DNA of 24,000 nt from Pseudomonadota bacterium (GCA_040386395.1 JAZKFO010000001.1:61285-85284); one strand, 5' to 3'. Shown: positions 8,793 to 17,248, numbered from the stretch's first letter. The notes: generated by a model from the letters alone, not told the origin. A program made the numbers and translations.

Positions 8793-9288
8793 GGCGCAGG
8801 GTCGATGGGGCCTTGCCGAAGTCATCACCCAGGCACAGGCCCTCGGCCTTGCAGTGCATCTGGATCACCGCGTAGTGATGCACGGCGTGGCTGGCGAGAA
8901 ACAGCAGCTCGCGTGCGACGGTGGAAAAGCTCACGAAGTTTTCCTCACCGCCCAGCCCGCCGCGCTGATGCACGGCGATGGCTTCGGTGCTGGCGCTGGC
9001 ATCCAGCACGGCCAGCTGTTGCTGGATGGCCTCGATGCGCGCCCTGGCCACTTCGCCATCGCGCTCAGGCGCGCGGTCGCGGGCGCGGCTGTCGTAGTCC
9101 ACCGAGTGGCTGGCCACATGCAGCGTGAAGGCTTCGTAGTGTTCGATGACATGGCGCAGGTGCGGGCCGCTGTGGCGGCTGTAGTCGCTGTCGGGCGCGG
9201 CGGCGTGGGTGTCAATCACGCGCAGTGCCTGGTCGAGCACGGCGATGTTGTAGTCCAGCAGCTTCTGCAAGTCGGGCCGGTTGTGCAT
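8776..9288 (-). CDS. DinB-family (DinB_2-like four-helix-bundle) metalloprotein
   Basis: His-rich helices PHLRHVIEHYEAF and LASHAVHHYAVIQMH fit the DinB His-triad pattern. RBS AGAGGAGA lies upstream of ATG 9288. Confidence 0.7.
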   Translation of the reverse strand: MHNRPDLQKLLDYNIAVLDQALRVIDTHAAAPDSDYSRHSGPHLRHVIEHYEAFTLHVASHSVDYDSRARDRAPERDGEVARARIEAIQQQLAVLDASASTEAIAVHQRGGLGGEENFVSFSTVARELLFLASHAVHHYAVIQMHCKAEGLCLGDDFGKAPSTLRHAREH

Positions 9289-9299
9289 GGTGTCTCCTC

Positions 9300-9740
9300 T
9301 CAGGTGCCTTGCTGCGGTTGCACGGTGCCGACCACGGCGCGGCTTTCAGCGGCCGTGGTTCGCACCAGCAACAGCGCATAGCTGCTGCAAAATAAAACGT
9401 TGGGGATCACGCCCGCCGCCAGCGTGAGCAACACATGCGGGGTGCCGATGGCGTGATGCACGCCGAACAGGATGAGATAGGTGTAGGCGAGGCCACAGGC
9501 GAACGTAAGCAGTGCGGCTTCAAGCCGGCCGTCGGGCATCGCGAAGCAGCGACGCATCACCGCCGTGCCGGTGTAGGTGAGAAAGGTGCTGGCCAGCCAG
9601 TGTGTAGCACCGACGCTGAACGCCACGCGCGGGCCGGCATCCCAGTTGGCCCAGGTCGCCCAGGCGGCATACACGCCGGCACCAAACACCGCGCCCCAGA
9701 AGCTGTCGGTGAGTCGGCGAAGCTGCTGTGCGAGGCTCAT
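9300..9740 (-). CDS. small integral membrane protein (about 4 TM), unknown function
   Basis: Four hydrophobic stretches. ATG 9740 overlaps the stop of the upstream peroxiredoxin-like gene (ATGA, 9737-9740), implying translational coupling. No family recognised. Confidence 0.55.
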   Translation of the reverse strand: MSLAQQLRRLTDSFWGAVFGAGVYAAWATWANWDAGPRVAFSVGATHWLASTFLTYTGTAVMRRCFAMPDGRLEAALLTFACGLAYTYLILFGVHHAIGTPHVLLTLAAGVIPNVLFCSSYALLLVRTTAAESRAVVGTVQPQQGT

Positions 9741-10423
9741 GCGAGGCCCTGCCCGGTCTGGCTTTCATCGGCGCGGTGATAGTTCGCGAGCCAGTCCAGC
9801 AGCGCCTCCGGGTCTTCGCGATGGCGAAAGTCCACGTCGACATGCGCGCGCAGCACGATGCCGTTCTGGGCAATCACATAAGTGGCCGCAACCGGCAGCG
9901 TCCAGCCGCCGTCGGCGTTGATCTCTGGTAGGTGGGTGGCGTATTCGCCCTCGAACAAACCCTTCAAGGCGGCGGGCAGGTCATAGGCCAGGCCGTAGGC
10001 GCGGGCGACATGGCTGCCGACATCCGAGAGCAGCGGCAGGCCCTCGCCCACCGAGGCGGCGGTGAGCGAGGTGGCAATGGCGCCCTGCGGCGAGATGGCG
10101 ACCATCGGCGAGCGCAGCGCCGCGAACTGGAATGCCGCCTGGCGATAGCTGCGCAGGGTGAGCGAGCAGAACGGGCACCAGTGACCCCGATAGAACACCA
10201 GCACGGTCGGCCCCTGCGCCAGCAGCGTGCTCAGTTCAACCAGCTGGCCGTGCTGGTCTGGCAGGCGGAACGAGGGAGCGCGTTCGCCCACCCGCAGGGC
10301 CTTGCCCTCGATGCCCGCGCGGCGCAGAAACTCCATCGCCATCACCTCGATCGCACTCGCGGGCGCTTGCTGTTGCTGAAGCCAGTAGACACGTTCGCGT
10401 TCAAGGTCATGCAACAGGTTCAT
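9737..10423 (-). CDS. peroxiredoxin-like (AhpC/TSA, PRX_like2-type) thiol oxidoreductase
   Basis: APSFRLPDQHG...VLVFYRGHWCPFCSLTL thioredoxin-fold motif. ATG 10423 is preferred because GGAG lies 6 nt upstream. The track start 10495 is TTG; ATG 10438 is also possible. Confidence 0.8.
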   Translation of the reverse strand: MNLLHDLERERVYWLQQQQAPASAIEVMAMEFLRRAGIEGKALRVGERAPSFRLPDQHGQLVELSTLLAQGPTVLVFYRGHWCPFCSLTLRSYRQAAFQFAALRSPMVAISPQGAIATSLTAASVGEGLPLLSDVGSHVARAYGLAYDLPAALKGLFEGEYATHLPEINADGGWTLPVAATYVIAQNGIVLRAHVDVDFRHREDPEALLDWLANYHRADESQTGQGLA

Positions 10424-10447
10424 GCCAATCTCCGGCATCACACCGCC

Positions 10448-10460
10448 ATCGAATATCGAT
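10448..10460. promoter_or_regulatory. inverted repeat ATCGA-N3-TCGAT upstream of the operon's first gene
   Basis: Read directly: atcgaatatcgat, 25-37 nt upstream of ATG 10423 in the divergent intergenic region. Function is not established. Confidence 0.25.
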
Positions 10461-10532
10461 AGGCGGGTTTTCTCGACCAGAATTGTGCAGCTCAAGGCAA
10501 ACCACCACTAGCCCGGCTGTCACGATATGTTC

Positions 10533-10549
10533 CATGCGCAAGCTGCATG
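10533..10549. promoter_or_regulatory. putative LysR-type T-N11-A dyad (CATGC-N7-GCATG)
   Basis: catgcgcaagctgcatg has T10535 and A10547 spaced N11 inside a 5-bp perfect dyad, 35 nt upstream of the LysR start in the divergent promoter region. The T-N11-A rule is established knowledge; assigning it here is inference. Confidence 0.35.
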
Positions 10550-10583
10550 AATACTGAGCAGTACCAGCCATTAAAGTGACGAC

Positions 10584-11531
10584 ATGGATCGTTTCACACT
10601 GATGCAGTGCTACGTGCGGGCTGTCGAAACCGGCAGCTTCTCGGCCGTGGCGCGTGAGCTGGGTACCAGCCAGCCGACAGTGAGCAAGAACATCGCCACC
10701 CTCGAAGAGCATCTGGGCGTGCGGCTGCTGCACCGCTCCACCCGCAAGATGTCGCTCACCTCCGAGGGCGAGAGTTTCTATGCGGAATGCCGCCGCATTC
10801 TCGATTCGGTGGCCGAGGCCGAATCGAATGCGCGCGGGCAGCAGGCAGCCGCTGGCCTGCTGCGGGTGTGCTGCCCACCGGCGCTGGCGCGGCACCGGGT
10901 GATGCCACTCATCACGCCCTTTGCCGAGAAGAACCCCGGCATCTGCATCGACCTGCAATTCAGCAATCGAGACCCGGACCTGATTGAAGAAGGCATCGAC
11001 GTCGCCTTCCGCATCGGCGACCTCAAGGACTCCAGCTATCGCGCCCGTCTCGTCGCCAACTACGCGCTGTGTTGCGCCGCCTCACCCACCTATCTCAAGC
11101 GCCACGGCACGCCGCAGAAGCCTGCTGATCTGGTCGACCACAACTGCGTGGTGCTGGCCACCAGCCGCGCGGGGCCGATCTGGACCTTTGCGGGTGAGAT
11201 GGTGCGGCCGCAGGGCAATCTGCGCGTCGATAGCCATGAGGGTCTGCGCGGCGCGGTGCTCTCTGGCCTCGGCATCGTCATCGCACCCACCTGGCTGTTT
11301 GCCGACGAGCTGCACGATGGCCGCCTCGAATGCCTGCTCGAAGCCTGGCCCATCGCGGCGGTGCCGGTGCATCTCATCTATCCCGCCAAGCGCTTTCTGC
11401 CCACCCGCACCAGGGCCTTCATCGACTTCGTGGTGGAAGCCTTTCAGCACGACCCCTGCCTGAATGGCGAGGCGGTGGAACAGATGGGTCTCGAATCCTG
11501 CATCAAGGCCCTGAGAACGGCTGCGCTATGA
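10584..11531 (+). CDS. LysR-family transcriptional regulator
   Basis: N-terminal wHTH (FSAVARELGTSQPTVSKNIATLEEHLGVRLLHRSTRKMSLTSEG) and a C-terminal substrate-binding domain. Divergent from the seven-gene operon. Confidence 0.9.
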   Translation: MDRFTLMQCYVRAVETGSFSAVARELGTSQPTVSKNIATLEEHLGVRLLHRSTRKMSLTSEGESFYAECRRILDSVAEAESNARGQQAAAGLLRVCCPPALARHRVMPLITPFAEKNPGICIDLQFSNRDPDLIEEGIDVAFRIGDLKDSSYRARLVANYALCCAASPTYLKRHGTPQKPADLVDHNCVVLATSRAGPIWTFAGEMVRPQGNLRVDSHEGLRGAVLSGLGIVIAPTWLFADELHDGRLECLLEAWPIAAVPVHLIYPAKRFLPTRTRAFIDFVVEAFQHDPCLNGEAVEQMGLESCIKALRTAAL

Positions 11532-12352
11532 GGGTTTTACTGCTGCTCGCGGTCATGCTGCTGCTCGCCGCCTGCTCGAACCCGCCTTACCCGCGTGGTG
11601 ATCTCGCCAAGCTCTATCCGCAGCCGCCACGGCCGGTGCTCAGCACGGTCAGCGTTCAGGGTCGCAGCGTCCATCTCGCGCAGATGCCCGGCAGCGGCCC
11701 CACGCCGCTGCTGTTCGTGCACGGCTCGCCGGGCGACTGGCAGGCCTGGTCACGCTATCTCGATGCCCCGGCGCTGGCGGCCTTCAACCCGCGCATCGCG
11801 GTGGATCGCCCCGGCTTTGGTGGCTCCGGCGCGGGCGATGTGGTGACCGATCTGCGCCGGCAGGCCAGCCTGCTGGCCGCGCTGATTCCTGATGGCTCGC
11901 AAGCTGTGGTGGTGGGCCATTCACTGGGCGGCCCGATCGTGGGCTGGCTGCTGCTGGATCACCCCGACAAGTTCTGTGGCGGCGTGATGGTGGCAGGCTC
12001 CATCGCGCCCGCGCTGGAGGCACCGCGCTGGTACAACCGGCTGGCGCAGACCTGGCTCGCAGAGCGGCTGGCACCGCCGGAGATGCTCTGGTCCAACGTC
12101 GAGATTCTGGCCCTGCAAGGCGAGCTGCAAAAGCTGGATGCCGAATGGTCGCGCCTGCAAAAACCAGTGGTCCTGGTGCAGGGCGAGCAGGATGAGCTGG
12201 TTGACCCGCGCACCGCCGACTACGCGGAAGCGCGCATTCCCAAGTCACTGCTGACCGTGCGGCGGGTGCCGCAGCAGGGTCACTTCGTGTTGTGGGATCA
12301 GCCGCAGACGGTGATCGACGCCATCCGCAGCCTGCCTTGCACTAAACCTTAG
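11528..12352 (+). CDS. lipoprotein alpha/beta-fold hydrolase
   Basis: ATG 11528 overlaps the LysR TGA (ATGA). Lipobox MRVLLLLAVMLLLAAC. Also FVHGSPGDW, nucleophile elbow VVGHSLGG, GEQDELVDP and QQGHFVLWDQP. Confidence 0.8.
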   Translation: MRVLLLLAVMLLLAACSNPPYPRGDLAKLYPQPPRPVLSTVSVQGRSVHLAQMPGSGPTPLLFVHGSPGDWQAWSRYLDAPALAAFNPRIAVDRPGFGGSGAGDVVTDLRRQASLLAALIPDGSQAVVVGHSLGGPIVGWLLLDHPDKFCGGVMVAGSIAPALEAPRWYNRLAQTWLAERLAPPEMLWSNVEILALQGELQKLDAEWSRLQKPVVLVQGEQDELVDPRTADYAEARIPKSLLTVRRVPQQGHFVLWDQPQTVIDAIRSLPCTKP

Positions 12353-14054
12353 CCAGCCCGCCAAACTTGGCGCGCACGGCGGTCGGGATGTCTTCGACGC
12401 GGATGAACACCAGTCCGTCCAGCGTGTTGCCGAAATCGGCATCGACATTGAAGCCTGCGAAGCGGCCCTTCAGATCAAGGTAATGCCGCAGCAGCACCGG
12501 CAGACCGCTGCCCTGCTCCACCCGCGCCACCACCTTGGAGAGCAGTGCCGGGTCTGAAAGGGCGGCCACCACCTGCCGGGTTTCGGGCGTGCCGCGCGCC
12601 GGTTTTGATGAAGGGGTGCGGGCCTGCACGAGGCCTTGCAACACCGCATCGCCGTGATGCGTCGAGAGCGCGGTTTCCATCAGTGTGCGGGCGAGCGGGC
12701 TGTAGCTGGCACTGATGCTCACCGGCCCGAACAGGCAGCGGATGTCAGGCCGCTGATCGAGCACGGTGGCAATGCCCGACCACAGCAGCCGCAGCGCACG
12801 GAAGTTGCGCTGCCATTCCGGCCGCACGAAGGAGCGACCCAATTCGATGGCCGAACCAATGTGATCCAGCAGGGGCTGCTCGTAGTGGAACAGGGTGTGG
12901 GTGTAGAGCGCCACCACACCGCCCTGGGCGCACAGCGGCTGGGTGAAGCCGAAGCGATAGGCGCCAATGATCTGCTGCTGCACCTGATGCCAGACGAACA
13001 GGTGCTGGTAGTTCGCATCGAATGGATCGAGGTCAAAGGGCTGGCCGGTGCCCTCCTGCACCTGGCGGAAACTCAGCTCGCGCAGGCGGCCGATTTCCAG
13101 CAGCAGCCGGGGCAGGTGCGCGGCCGGTGCGAGGTAGACCTGAAACTCGCCCTGCGCACACAGCAGGCATTCGCGCGGTAGCGCAGCCACTTCAGCGGCC
13201 AGCAGTGCGGCAGGCTGCTCATCGGCTAGCGGCAGCAGCGCGACCGGCACGGCGGCTGCAACGCTGCTGGCCTTGAGGCTGTCGCTGAGCAGGCGCAGGT
13301 AGGCGGTCTGTGCCGGCAGTTCAAGCCGGGCGATTTCGCTGGCCGGAATCGCCTCGCCCAGATGCAGGCTGACGATGCTCTGGCGCTGTTGCAGCAGGTC
13401 CTTGGCGAGCAGGGCCGTGCGCAGGCGCGGGTGCAGCGCACCGGCCAGCAGCGAGGGCCAGCGGGCGTGGCCGTCGATGTGCATGGGCAATATCGTCGCA
13501 CCACTGCGACGCGCCAACAGGGCCGCGCTCTGCGCCCAGGGTGGGTCGGCAATGCGGCGGCCACGCCAGTCGAGGCGGCTCACTTCACCGGCGGGGAACA
13601 GCACCAGCGCCCCGCCCTGCGCCAGATGCCTGAGTGCGACACGCACGCCGCCGAGGCTGGCACCGGGGCGGAACACATCCACAGGTGCGATCAGCGGCGC
13701 GATCTCCGGCACCCGCCGCAACAGGGTGTTGGCGAACAGCAGCAGGTCGGGCCGCACGGCCAGCAACAGATCGGCCAGCACCAGGCCATCGGCCGCGCCG
13801 AAGGGGTGATTGCAGATGATGATGAGCGGGCCGGTGGCCGGGATGCTCTCGCGTTCGCCGCTGGCCAGCTGGTAGCCGATGCCGAGCTTGGCCAGCGCGA
13901 ACTTCACGAAGGCCGAGGGTGAAAGATCGGCAGGCCGCTGGGCATACAGCTGTGCCAGCGTGCTGAGGCCCGTCGCGCGCTCTGCCGCCGCCGCCGCCCA
14001 GCCGAAGCCGCGCCGGCGTGGCAGGGCAAGTGCTGATTCAATGGCTTTCTTCAA
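12342..14054 (-). CDS. fused PlsC-like acyltransferase / OlsB-like GNAT N-acyltransferase (OlsF-like aminolipid synthase candidate)
   Basis: N-terminal half: IIICNHPFGAADGLVLADL and FPAGEVSR (PlsC-type blocks). C-terminal half: LRELSFRQVQEGTGQPFDLDPFDANYQHLFVWH...ELGRSFVRPEWQ (OlsB/hemolysin-like GNAT). The track start 14147 overlaps the upstream gene. TTG 14054, with GGAG 9 nt upstream and 4 nt after the upstream stop, is proposed; the start is uncertain. Confidence 0.75.
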   Translation of the reverse strand: MKKAIESALALPRRRGFGWAAAAAERATGLSTLAQLYAQRPADLSPSAFVKFALAKLGIGYQLASGERESIPATGPLIIICNHPFGAADGLVLADLLLAVRPDLLLFANTLLRRVPEIAPLIAPVDVFRPGASLGGVRVALRHLAQGGALVLFPAGEVSRLDWRGRRIADPPWAQSAALLARRSGATILPMHIDGHARWPSLLAGALHPRLRTALLAKDLLQQRQSIVSLHLGEAIPASEIARLELPAQTAYLRLLSDSLKASSVAAAVPVALLPLADEQPAALLAAEVAALPRECLLCAQGEFQVYLAPAAHLPRLLLEIGRLRELSFRQVQEGTGQPFDLDPFDANYQHLFVWHQVQQQIIGAYRFGFTQPLCAQGGVVALYTHTLFHYEQPLLDHIGSAIELGRSFVRPEWQRNFRALRLLWSGIATVLDQRPDIRCLFGPVSISASYSPLARTLMETALSTHHGDAVLQGLVQARTPSSKPARGTPETRQVVAALSDPALLSKVVARVEQGSGLPVLLRHYLDLKGRFAGFNVDADFGNTLDGLVFIRVEDIPTAVRAKFGGLAKV

Positions 14055-14058
14055 GCGA

Positions 14059-14595
14059 TCAGGACTCCGCCAACAGCGCAGTGATCTGCGCCTCGATATC
14101 TTGCGCCTGCGCATCGCCCTTGTGGGTTTCGCCGACGAACAGCGCACGGGTGCGGCCCTGGCGGTCGATGAGGAAAAACGCCGGCCAGTAGCGGTTGCTC
14201 ATGGCATTCCAGTAGGCGTGGTCGCTGTCGACCATCACCGGGTAGGTGATTTTGAACTCGCGCACTTTCTCGCGGATGCTGCGGATCACCTTCTCGCGCT
14301 CGAACTCCGGCGTGTGCACGCCGACCACCTTCAGGCCCTGATCGCGGAACTTTGCCTCGACGCCATTCAGCCAGGGGAAGGAGCGGTAGCAGTTCCAGCA
14401 TTCAAACGTCCAGAAGTCGATCAGCACCACCTGCCCTTTCAGGCTGGCGAGCGTGAGCGGTGCGGAGTTGATCCACTCCTCCGCGCTGCGCTTGGGGAAC
14501 TCCGGTGCCGGCCGTGGTTCTGCCGAGGCCCCGCAGGCGGCCAGCAGCAGCGCGGCGCCCGCGAACAGGGCTGGGAATGGCTTGGAAAGATTCAT
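14059..14595 (-). CDS. redoxin/TlpA-like thiol:disulfide oxidoreductase lipoprotein
   Basis: ATG 14595 is preceded by GAGGAGAA. Lipobox ALLLAAC. Thioredoxin-fold motif VVLIDFWTFECWNCYRSFP (CxxC). Confidence 0.85.
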   Translation of the reverse strand: MNLSKPFPALFAGAALLLAACGASAEPRPAPEFPKRSAEEWINSAPLTLASLKGQVVLIDFWTFECWNCYRSFPWLNGVEAKFRDQGLKVVGVHTPEFEREKVIRSIREKVREFKITYPVMVDSDHAYWNAMSNRYWPAFFLIDRQGRTRALFVGETHKGDAQAQDIEAQITALLAES

Positions 14596-14709
14596 TGGTT
14601 TTCTCCTCGTGCAGATTAGTCCCAGCATGGACTGGCCGAGGCGATGGAGGTTGCAAATCTCTCCGCCATGCGTGGGCATAGCGCCTATTCGCGCGGCGGA
14701 TGAATATCG

Positions 14710-15486
14710 CTACGGAGTCGGCCAGCGAAACTCGATGCGGGTCTCGCCCAGGGCAATGCCCTCAGGCCCAAAGCGCCGCTCGATCATCACGCCCGCACCT
14801 GCGGCATCCACCATCACCACCGTGCTGCATCGGGTGCCGTATTGCAGGCTTCGGATGAAGGCAGGCGCCACAAAGCGCTCGCGGGTCAGGCCCACGCCGG
14901 TGTCGGGCAGCGCGGCATCGGGCGGCTGGGTCGGGTCGGCGAGTGCGGTGAACAGTGGTTCGACATCGCTCGGCTCAGCATCGGCTAGCCAGGCAGCAAC
15001 CTTGTCCTTAAGCGCCGTCGTCTTGGGCCAAGGTGTATCGAGCGCCGCGTTGGAGAGCCCATACAAGCCATCACCCAACCGCCGCACCGGTACACCCGGC
15101 TGATTGCTGGCGTACCAGACCTGTTGGGTATCGGCGATCAGCAGATTGCAGGGGCCGTAGCCAACCAGCTGATCACCCAGCGCCGCCAGATGCGCGGCAG
15201 GGGTGTCAGCACCCGCGAGATAGTCCAGCGCCAGCGCACCACGCGACTTGAGCCCGACTGCGGGCACGCCGGGCAGGCGCACATTGGTGACGGCGGCCAG
15301 CCTGCCGCGCGTGCTCACCCCCAACCAGGTGCCGTGTGCCGATATATCGCGGCCGGCAATCAAATCCGGCTGATCAGGCCAGTGTGCGAGTGCGGTGCTG
15401 GGCCGGGCGTGAAACTCGTCGCGATTGGCCACCACCAGCAGGCGCAGGGCCGGACTGGGGTGGGTGCCAAAGGCGATCAGGCACAT
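14710..15486 (-). CDS. NRDE-family (TANGO2-like) protein
   Basis: N-terminal MCLIAF and VVANRDEF are signatures of the NRDE family. The ATG directly abuts the fur stop codon (15487-15489). Confidence 0.85.
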   Translation of the reverse strand: MCLIAFGTHPSPALRLLVVANRDEFHARPSTALAHWPDQPDLIAGRDISAHGTWLGVSTRGRLAAVTNVRLPGVPAVGLKSRGALALDYLAGADTPAAHLAALGDQLVGYGPCNLLIADTQQVWYASNQPGVPVRRLGDGLYGLSNAALDTPWPKTTALKDKVAAWLADAEPSDVEPLFTALADPTQPPDAALPDTGVGLTRERFVAPAFIRSLQYGTRCSTVVMVDAAGAGVMIERRFGPEGIALGETRIEFRWPTP

Positions 15487-15912
15487 TCAGCGCGACTTGC
15501 CGCGCTTGCTGCCTTGTTCCGACTTCACATAGATCACCAGGCTGTGGCCGACGATCTCGAAACCATGCTGCTCGGCGATGTCATGTTGCAGCTTCTCGAT
15601 TTCCGGGCTGATGAACTCGATCACCTTGCCCGACTCGACATCGACCATATGGTCGTGGTGCTCGCCGCGCTCCAGCTCGAACACGGCATGCCCACCTTCA
15701 AAGTTCAGCCGCTTCACCAGGCCCGCCTGCTCGAACTGGGTCAGCACGCGGTAGATGGTGGCCAGCCCGATGTCGGCGTCTTCCTTGATCAGCAATTTGT
15801 AGACATCTTCAGCCGACATGTGCCGCATCGAGTTGCTCTCAAGGATTTCAAGAATCTTGAGGCGCGGCAGGGTGACCTTGAGGCCCACGTTGCGGAGGTC
15901 TTGTGATTCCAT
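15487..15912 (-). CDS. fur: ferric uptake regulator Fur
   Basis: LKVTLPRLKILEIL...MSAEDVYK...IGLATIYRVLTQFEQAGLV...HHDHMV...GKVIEF...GHSLVIY. ATG 15912 (MESQDL) is chosen over the longer track start. Confidence 0.95.
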   Translation of the reverse strand: MESQDLRNVGLKVTLPRLKILEILESNSMRHMSAEDVYKLLIKEDADIGLATIYRVLTQFEQAGLVKRLNFEGGHAVFELERGEHHDHMVDVESGKVIEFISPEIEKLQHDIAEQHGFEIVGHSLVIYVKSEQGSKRGKSR

Positions 15913-15993
15913 GATGTTCTCGTGCTTTGGCAATGGGGGAACGAAGCCTGCTTTCCGCTATTATCGTCGCTCGTTTTTGATCCGGCCAATGAC

Positions 15994-16449
15994 ATGCGCG
16001 TTTTGTTTACCGCAGCTTTAATCGCTGCGTTGGGGCTCAGCCTCTCTGCTTGCAGCATGGTGTTCAAACTGCCCACCCGCCAGGGCAATGTGATCGAACA
16101 GAAACAGCTCGACCAGCTCAAGCTCGGCATGACGCGCCAGCAGGTCACCTACCTGATGGGCACGCCCATCGCCTCCAGCCCCTTCCGCACCGACCGCTGG
16201 GATTACCTCGGCTACTACAAGTCGCCGCGCGGGGTGGAGAACAACCGCAACGTCATCCTCTACTTCGAGAAGGATGTGCTGGCGCGCATGGAAGGCACCG
16301 CACCGATCCCGGTCGCTGACGCCAAGCCCAGCACGCCCTCCATCTCGGCCATCTTCAAGCAGCAGAAAAAAGAGAAGAACGAGGACGAGCGTTCGGAGTC
16401 GGCCCCTGAAGGCGGCGTGATTCTCACCCAGCCTTCCAACACGCCTTAA
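15994..16449 (+). CDS. bamE: outer membrane protein assembly factor BamE (OmlA/SmpA)
   Basis: Lipobox LGLSLSAC, then KLPTRQGNVIEQKQLDQLKLGMTRQQVTYLMGTP...F...DRWDY. Divergent from fur, a common arrangement. Confidence 0.9.
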   Translation: MRVLFTAALIAALGLSLSACSMVFKLPTRQGNVIEQKQLDQLKLGMTRQQVTYLMGTPIASSPFRTDRWDYLGYYKSPRGVENNRNVILYFEKDVLARMEGTAPIPVADAKPSTPSISAIFKQQKKEKNEDERSESAPEGGVILTQPSNTP

Positions 16450-16775
16450 TGGTTTGACGATGTGGCGCGGCGGCGTGCCTTGCGCGCTGCCTTGACGCGC
16501 AGGTGGCGCTGATCTTTCGGGTCAGCGTCCAGCGCTCGCAGGATCTCCACCCGATCACCCGCCTGCACGCGGTAGTCCGACGCGATGAGACGGCCGAAAC
16601 AGGCCAGTGGCAGCCGCAGCTCGGCCTGCGGGTTCCAATGCGCTGCAAGGCCTGCTGCCACAATCGCCTCGGCGGCCGTGCTGCCTGCCATGACCTGGAT
16701 GCGATGCAGCCACTGCTGATCAGGGCCCGCAAACACCACCTCGATTTCAATCTGCGGCAGCGCCTGCTCAGCCAT
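16446..16775 (-). CDS. rnfH: RnfH-family ubiquitin-like protein (UPF0125)
   Basis: IEIEVVFAGPDQQ...GDRVEILRALDADPKDQRH pattern. Overlaps the ratA 3' end by 8 nt, and the ratA-rnfH pairing next to smpB is conserved. Confidence 0.85.
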   Translation of the reverse strand: MAEQALPQIEIEVVFAGPDQQWLHRIQVMAGSTAAEAIVAAGLAAHWNPQAELRLPLACFGRLIASDYRVQAGDRVEILRALDADPKDQRHLRVKAARKARRRATSSNH

Positions 16776-17211
16776 AGACCGCCCCCGCCTGCTGCTTGAA
16801 TGCCTGCATCACATGGCCCACCGCGCGGTCGAGCTGTGGCGCCAGCAGCCGGCCCAGCGACAGCGTCCCCCAGTCCAGCTGCACGCTCAGACTCACCTTG
16901 CAGGCCCCCTGGCCCAGTGGCTGGAACTGCCACTGCCCCACCAGGCTCTTGAATGGTCCGCGCAGCAGCCGCATCTGCAAAGACAGATGCCCTTCAGCCA
17001 GGGGCATCACCGTGTTCTCGGTGAGAAAACTTTCGGTGAGACCGGCGAACTTGAATTGCAGGCCGGCCTGCACGCGCGAATCCTCCATGGCCTGAACAGA
17101 GGCACCGACACAGCCGGGCATGTATTCCGGGTAGCGCGCCACATCCTGCACCAGTGCCAGCAACTGTTCCGGCGTGAAAGCCATCAACGCCGACCGCTCG
17201 ACCTTCACCAT
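16768..17211 (-). CDS. ratA: RatA/YfjG-type SRPBCC (COQ10-like) protein
   Basis: VERSALMAFTPEQLLALVQDVARYPEYMPGC...F...L.ENT... fits the polyketide-cyclase/SRPBCC fold. Divergent from smpB. Confidence 0.85.
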   Translation of the reverse strand: MVKVERSALMAFTPEQLLALVQDVARYPEYMPGCVGASVQAMEDSRVQAGLQFKFAGLTESFLTENTVMPLAEGHLSLQMRLLRGPFKSLVGQWQFQPLGQGACKVSLSVQLDWGTLSLGRLLAPQLDRAVGHVMQAFKQQAGAVYG

Positions 17212-17248
17212 CTATCCATCACCCGGAAGTCCACCATGCAGCACAGCC

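Noticed and set aside
14679-14712. Imperfect inverted repeat TAGCG(CC)TATTC-N-GAATA(T)CGCTA overlapping the NRDE stop codon
   Set aside because: The stem is bulged, there is no T-tract on the transcribed strand, and no known motif is recognised. It may be a weak attenuator or a chance occurrence.
15913-15993. Fur box in the fur/bamE divergent region
   Set aside because: Only a partial ATTATC (gctattatcgtcgc) is present, with no convincing match to the 19-bp GATAATGATAATCATTATC consensus.
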